A stretch of DNA of 64,000 nt from Bacilli bacterium (GTDB lineage: Bacteria > Bacillota_I > Bacilli_A > ML615J-28 > CAG-698), in NCBI GenBank assembly GCA_050953065.1, contig JBMNLZ010000003.1, positions 256,001 through 320,000 of the forward strand, in the 5' to 3' direction. The translations under genes were made by a program, and so were the position numbers. The notes beneath the pieces are model-generated. The model was not told where the DNA came from. It did no database searches and worked only from the letters and a program-made list of their open reading frames with translations. Positions 59,258-64,000 of this stretch are shown piece by piece. Position 1 is the stretch's first letter. Each line of letters starts with the position of its first letter.

Positions 59258-60762
59258 TAAATGCCCTCCTTTTCTTCGTAAGTTAAAACATCATTAAGAT
59301 AGATATGATGCGTAACGTTTGCTGATCTTCTTTGCATGTAATCTATATTTGATAATTTCAAAACATAATCATCATTCAGTACAACTTTGTCACTTGAGAT
59401 AGGTAATACTTTATCAATAAAATCTACTTGAAACTGAAACATATCCCATCCACTATGAGCACTACCATCTTTTCGATATTTAACGTCATAAAAGTTTGTG
59501 CCTGTAGGAGCATCAAGTATTAGTTCTTTTGGTGTAGTTGCAGTTTGACCTTTTGCATCCAACAACACTCCAGTATCAACGTTTGCACTTAAAGATAATG
59601 CAACATTCATTTGTCCGACAAGGCCAAAGTCGTAGTTAGATTCCGAACTTTGCATCCATAAAAACCTTATAATCTTTGGGCTTTCAGTATTTACAATCTT
59701 AATTCTTGCAATGGCAAAGCTGCTATTTATTCCTATGTTTGTCGGTTTATAATAACCATCTGAATCTCTAATAAAGGTATAAGTTGTTCCAAGTGGCTCA
59801 ACACTAACAAAAATAGGATCTTCTTCTTTTACCTCTTCATGAAATAATTCATCGTTGTCATAAAATAAAAGCTTTTGAGAATATATCGGAAATGATGTAA
59901 TAAGCTTAAATTCATGGTCGATAAATCTTACTTGTTGCTTTTTCAGTTGTGGTTCTTCATCAGCGACTACTTCGATTTTCACATTGGCATCCATTGATTC
60001 AAAAGATATCTCACCTGTATACATCGAGTAATAGTAATCGTCAGTTAGCTCATATTCATCAGATCCATTTTTCTTTTTATACACATTGATGATTACTGGT
60101 AGCCAATATCCAAAGGCACTTTTTATATTAATCTTATATTTTAATCCATCACTTATCTTTGTGGTTGTATCTGTTGTCGAGATGTGTTCGTCAAGTACTT
60201 TATTAATAGAGTAAATAGAGAATCTTATTGAACCACTTTTACCTGATTCATTCATTAATGGATTTACACAAGTCGCCTGTATTAAGTAATCATTCTCTGC
60301 TTCAAACTTACCAATTAAACTAAACGTTGTAGCAGTTTGATAGAACGCCACATCCTCACCAGAGTAAATGTTAAATCCTTTGTTGAAGTTACCATTTGTG
60401 GTTGGATTTGTTATTGTAATTGTGTCACTACTTCTTGCTATGGAAGGAGTATTAAGAGTTGGCATATCTCTTGCACCTTCAAACGTTCCTTCAATTCCAG
60501 CAACAATTACACCCTGTGCTATATTCTCTGGTATAAATGTTTCTGGTTTAAGAATTAAAACTCTGTCATATAGTTCATCATCGGGTACAACGACCAGTTG
60601 ATCGCCTTCTGCAAAGTTTAATTCAATAGTTCCTTCTGTAAGGTTACCTAATGAAAATTGTTTTTTAGTGCCATCTTCACCATCAAATGATACCGTTGAA
60701 ATGTCACTATAAACTACATCTTCACCATGCTTATTTTTAAGTATTATATTTGTCTTTCTCAT
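59257..60762 (-). CDS. Hypothetical phage structural protein (beta-rich)
   Basis: Coupled ORF within the tail operon. PENIAQGV..AGIEGT and SSESNYDF...YRKDGS motifs. Confidence 0.55.
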   Translation of the reverse strand: MRKTNIILKNKHGEDVVYSDISTVSFDGEDGTKKQFSLGNLTEGTIELNFAEGDQLVVVPDDELYDRVLILKPETFIPENIAQGVIVAGIEGTFEGARDMPTLNTPSIARSSDTITITNPTTNGNFNKGFNIYSGEDVAFYQTATTFSLIGKFEAENDYLIQATCVNPLMNESGKSGSIRFSIYSINKVLDEHISTTDTTTKISDGLKYKINIKSAFGYWLPVIINVYKKKNGSDEYELTDDYYYSMYTGEISFESMDANVKIEVVADEEPQLKKQQVRFIDHEFKLITSFPIYSQKLLFYDNDELFHEEVKEEDPIFVSVEPLGTTYTFIRDSDGYYKPTNIGINSSFAIARIKIVNTESPKIIRFLWMQSSESNYDFGLVGQMNVALSLSANVDTGVLLDAKGQTATTPKELILDAPTGTNFYDVKYRKDGSAHSGWDMFQFQVDFIDKVLPISSDKVVLNDDYVLKLSNIDYMQRRSANVTHHIYLNDVLTYEEKEGI

Positions 60763-60772
60763 TGGTTACCTC

Positions 60773-62764
60773 CTATCCTAAATTTAAGTTCATATCTTCT
60801 TGCTCACCTTCATAGACTTGATAAATTTCCAATACTTCATTAATCAGTACTGGATTAAGCCATGAAGACGAATCAAATTCAATAAAGGACTCAATGCTTG
60901 CCTGAATTAAGGTGTTCACACTAAATGAGTTAAAATCAACTTTAACTAAGCTCGCATTGATTGAGTCCTGAAATGCAAATTCATCAATGTTCATTGTATC
61001 TTCTGCTAATCTCAAACTCGGCTCAGCTTGAAACAACTCATTTTCAATATGTTTAATTTCTACACTAAAAGGTGATATAGCATTTATTAATGCATCAGCA
61101 AATAACTGTGATAAATAATCAGTGATAAGCACGTCACCTTCGTAATGCAGGACATCAAGATTAAATTGACCTCCGCTAAAATATGATCCTATTGCACTTA
61201 GCATTTTGTCATCTAAGTAACCCATTAGAGTTGCACCTTTAACTACTAACTCGTTGTGTCCTGTAGCACTTAGAATGGTAGGTTCGTTTGCTGTTACTTC
61301 CGAATGTATATTTAACTTATGCAAAAAGTAATGGGCTGCTTGTCTAATCAGTTTAATTTCAGCCTCAGAACTTTCTATTGTTAATGTACTTGATGTTTTT
61401 TCATTTGGTAGTATTCTTGCCTCTTTTACAACAACACTTCCTTCATCACTTAATGCGTGTGCAATAAATGAGTCCATTATCAGTCTTTCAAATGCCACAC
61501 TTTCAGCTGTTATCACATAAATATGATTTATTTCAGCTTCTGGAAGGATACCTGCTGGCTTTGAATGAGCACTTGAGTTTATGCTAGCTTTTGCTGGAAC
61601 ATTGGATACTGTTCTTCTAGCCAATGCTCTACTCATTGTTGTTCTTTGAATTCTCAAAACCGCTGAAACTATCGAATATAGGTCTCTTCCTGTGATGGTT
61701 TCCATCTCACCAAATGTTGCACTTTCTGCTGATGAATAGCTCTGTATTAAGCGTGGCCTTGCGATTTCTACTTTTGCTGATTCATAAATACTATTTAATA
61801 CATCAACATATAAAGCGAGCGGTTCTAATTTTCTTAGTTCAGCCGTTTGGCTAGTTGTCGAAATAATCTCAGTTAGCATATTAATTATGTCTGGTAAGAT
61901 CAGTGTTGCTTCGTTTATGTTCTCAACACTCAAGTCTATTTTTAGTATGCTTTTATTATTGTTAACTACTAACTTTGCGTTTTGGCTAATGTTTGAATAT
62001 ACGTAGGCATATAGATTTCTATATAACTCTTCAAGTAACAATGATGCTGATGCCGACATTCTAAATCTCTCATTAATAGCTAAAGTTTGTGCAGCATTTT
62101 TAAGGCTTATCAATGCATCGTTTGTGTGTTTATTTTTACTATTAACATTAAACTCTATTGGTTCAATGTATGAAAGTGCACTATTCGATACAGTGTTATT
62201 TATTAAATCGACATTCAAAATCGCTGAGTCTAGACTTACAAATTCAACCTGCGATGTATCTAAAACAAAAGTAAAAGCAACATTTGGTTCTGCAAATGAA
62301 GCTTCATTTTTAAAGATACTTATAAGTAGATTAAGCTTTCTGGCAATTTCAAGAATGTATGATCCAAAGAAAGTGTCAGGATTACTTGTTGTGCTTGCAC
62401 CCCTAAAATCCAATCGTCCAACATAACCCTCATAAGCCTTGTTGAAGGTCCACTTCCATGTTGTTGGAACATGCACTTCGATATTGTGCCTTACTGAGTT
62501 AAAGATTTGAGCAGTTAAGGTGGGATAATAACCACTTAATAACACTCCGCTATATGTTGTATATTTATCATCCCAACTAAGACTCATAGCATTTAAGGTC
62601 TGATATAACTTATTGCATAGTGAGTTCCAAACAGCAGCTTTAAACTCAGCTGTATACCCTTTATTGTTAATGGCATAGTAGGCTTTAATGGTATCATCGT
62701 CTTTACTCCAGTTCCATGCCTCAAATGAAGTAGGTAAATTTAGATTTTTCATATAAACCACCAA
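60773..62764 (-). CDS. Hypothetical phage tail-region protein
   Basis: 663-aa ORF within the tail operon. Confidence 0.5.
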   Translation of the reverse strand: MVVYMKNLNLPTSFEAWNWSKDDDTIKAYYAINNKGYTAEFKAAVWNSLCNKLYQTLNAMSLSWDDKYTTYSGVLLSGYYPTLTAQIFNSVRHNIEVHVPTTWKWTFNKAYEGYVGRLDFRGASTTSNPDTFFGSYILEIARKLNLLISIFKNEASFAEPNVAFTFVLDTSQVEFVSLDSAILNVDLINNTVSNSALSYIEPIEFNVNSKNKHTNDALISLKNAAQTLAINERFRMSASASLLLEELYRNLYAYVYSNISQNAKLVVNNNKSILKIDLSVENINEATLILPDIINMLTEIISTTSQTAELRKLEPLALYVDVLNSIYESAKVEIARPRLIQSYSSAESATFGEMETITGRDLYSIVSAVLRIQRTTMSRALARRTVSNVPAKASINSSAHSKPAGILPEAEINHIYVITAESVAFERLIMDSFIAHALSDEGSVVVKEARILPNEKTSSTLTIESSEAEIKLIRQAAHYFLHKLNIHSEVTANEPTILSATGHNELVVKGATLMGYLDDKMLSAIGSYFSGGQFNLDVLHYEGDVLITDYLSQLFADALINAISPFSVEIKHIENELFQAEPSLRLAEDTMNIDEFAFQDSINASLVKVDFNSFSVNTLIQASIESFIEFDSSSWLNPVLINEVLEIYQVYEGEQEDMNLNLG

Positions 62765-64000
62765 TTATCCAAACTTTGCAATAGCTGCACCAGTGTAAAT
62801 ATTCTTCATTTCTGTATCCTTGACTACATAAGCTGTGTTGTCACTGAAGCGAAAGAAAATACCGTTATAGCCTAGCATCGGAGTGAAGTTTCCACTTTCA
62901 TCAGCAGGTTCAGAGTTTCCAATCCAAAGCCCGTCAGTAAACTTTTTAACAAGTCCAAAATCAGTAAATGCACCACTTCCAGAGCCAAGTTGAATATACG
63001 GATAGTCCTCACCTTCTGTTGTGTAGCCAAGTCTTAATTTGATATCGTTTGTACTATTGAAAACCTCAAAGCCGCTTGATGTCATTTGCGAGTATCCATC
63101 ACTATTTTCAATATCCCCTGCATAATATCTACCGCCATAAATAGTAGACTGCCCTGACATATGTACATCCCCGTTTTCATCTACTATAAACTTATTGTTG
63201 ATATTAATTTTCCCTGCATCAACCTCAATTGAGCCACTAAATTTATAACTTCCAGCAATTGGATCAAAGTAAAGCCTGTCTCTAAAGATATAGTCTTCAT
63301 CCATTGCCTGCATTCTAAACTCATCGGAATTCATAATCACTTTAGCTTTCTGGTCTTCTCTTACTACCGTTAAACCATCATCAGGAGATATTTTTACACC
63401 GTAGTAACTTTTATTACTTTCTATGGAGTCTTGCTTTAATGAAACAAGATCTGCTTCGATCGTGGCTTCTGCTACACCTACCTCAAGGTCATAATCTTTG
63501 CTTATAAATGGCTTGCTTGTGATTCCAATAAGTCTTACATTTTCATTAATACCCAACCTATCAAACTTAAGATGTAACTCATCACCAACCACAAGATTGG
63601 TAGTCGGTCTTACTGTAATTGAATAAGAAGGAACTAATAAACCTGCTTTTTCTGTTTTGCTTATTGAAACTACATTTTTATCAATTAGGTCTATAGGATT
63701 TGAACTACCTCTATGACTAAACATATTTACATAGAAACCTGTAAACTCCACATCGCAGCCTATGATGTTAGCGATTTTAAGAATCATGCTTCGTACAGTA
63801 CTTTCTTCTTTGATTGGAATTTCAAAATCAGCAGTAATATCACTTATCCCAGCATAAAAGCCAGTGTCTTTAAGTAGTAAAGTTAGTATCTCTTTTACTG
63901 TTCCAATTCCCCAAAAATAACTCCTTGAAAAACCGCTCAATCGATAAGAAACATGTTCACAGCTAAACTTAATTTTATATAGTCCCTTGCTTAGTGATTT
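62765..64000 (-). CDS. Phage tail spike / prophage endopeptidase-like tail protein (N-terminus outside window)
   Basis: CEHVSYRL upstream in frame, VGDELHL...LGIN..VR.IG and YYGVKISPDDGL. Confidence 0.65.
   Translation of the reverse strand, partial: KSLSKGLYKIKFSCEHVSYRLSGFSRSYFWGIGTVKEILTLLLKDTGFYAGISDITADFEIPIKEESTVRSMILKIANIIGCDVEFTGFYVNMFSHRGSSNPIDLIDKNVVSISKTEKAGLLVPSYSITVRPTTNLVVGDELHLKFDRLGINENVRLIGITSKPFISKDYDLEVGVAEATIEADLVSLKQDSIESNKSYYGVKISPDDGLTVVREDQKAKVIMNSDEFRMQAMDEDYIFRDRLYFDPIAGSYKFSGSIEVDAGKININNKFIVDENGDVHMSGQSTIYGGRYYAGDIENSDGYSQMTSSGFEVFNSTNDIKLRLGYTTEGEDYPYIQLGSGSGAFTDFGLVKKFTDGLWIGNSEPADESGNFTPMLGYNGIFFRFSDNTAYVVKDTEMKNIYTGAAIAKFG

Larger units (their letters stand above)
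50350..64000 (-). mobile_element. End of a prophage/integrative element with a serine recombinase module (continues beyond window)
   Basis: Order on the minus strand: tail genes, holin-like genes, Zn-finger HTH, SHOCT-like gene, two large serine recombinases, cargo, repeat array. Left boundary is approximate. Confidence 0.8.

Noticed and set aside
887-62426. Numerous short antisense or overlapping ORFs in the track (e.g. 887-1102, 13371-13661, 49627-50025, 62124-62426)
   Set aside because: They are shadow ORFs opposite or within well-supported genes, with no RBS or motifs.
57890-64000. Complete diversity-generating retroelement
   Set aside because: No reverse transcriptase, Avd or template repeat is visible in the window.

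Overview
AT-rich bacterial chromosome segment read with standard code 11. The gene content resembles an Acholeplasmatales/Mollicutes-like or other small-genome anaerobic Bacillota host (inference). 1-21.6 kb is mostly housekeeping: YgiQ radical SAM, MutT, DegV, CcdA/thioredoxin, a frameshifted PAS-GAF-GGDEF-HD-GYP gene, ECF sigma, TetR/MMPL, an oadB/oadG-like pair, membrane pyrophosphatase hppA, DmpA and a racemase. hppA is preceded by three tandem riboswitch-like units, each with its own terminator, probably Na+-I/DUF1646 class. About 21.7-38 kb is a defence island: nucleotidyltransferase + Abi/HEPN pair, DUF2075 nuclease-helicase, a type I R-M locus with an invertible hsdS shufflon and tyrosine recombinase, HEPN-like and DUF4238 genes, and an RloC-like ATPase. 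38-47 kb holds mixed accessory genes, including an AAA-DUF4143 ATPase with a 23-bp-period repeat array and an HTH-Fic gene. 47.5-50.2 kb is a type II Thoeris-like operon (TM-Macro + three TIR genes). From about 50.4 kb to the window end lies one end of a prophage: tail genes, two holin-like genes without an endolysin, two large serine recombinases, and cargo genes including an RNase III with a long structured leader, bounded by a 20-bp-period repeat array. All family calls come from motif recognition by eye; no database searches were run.
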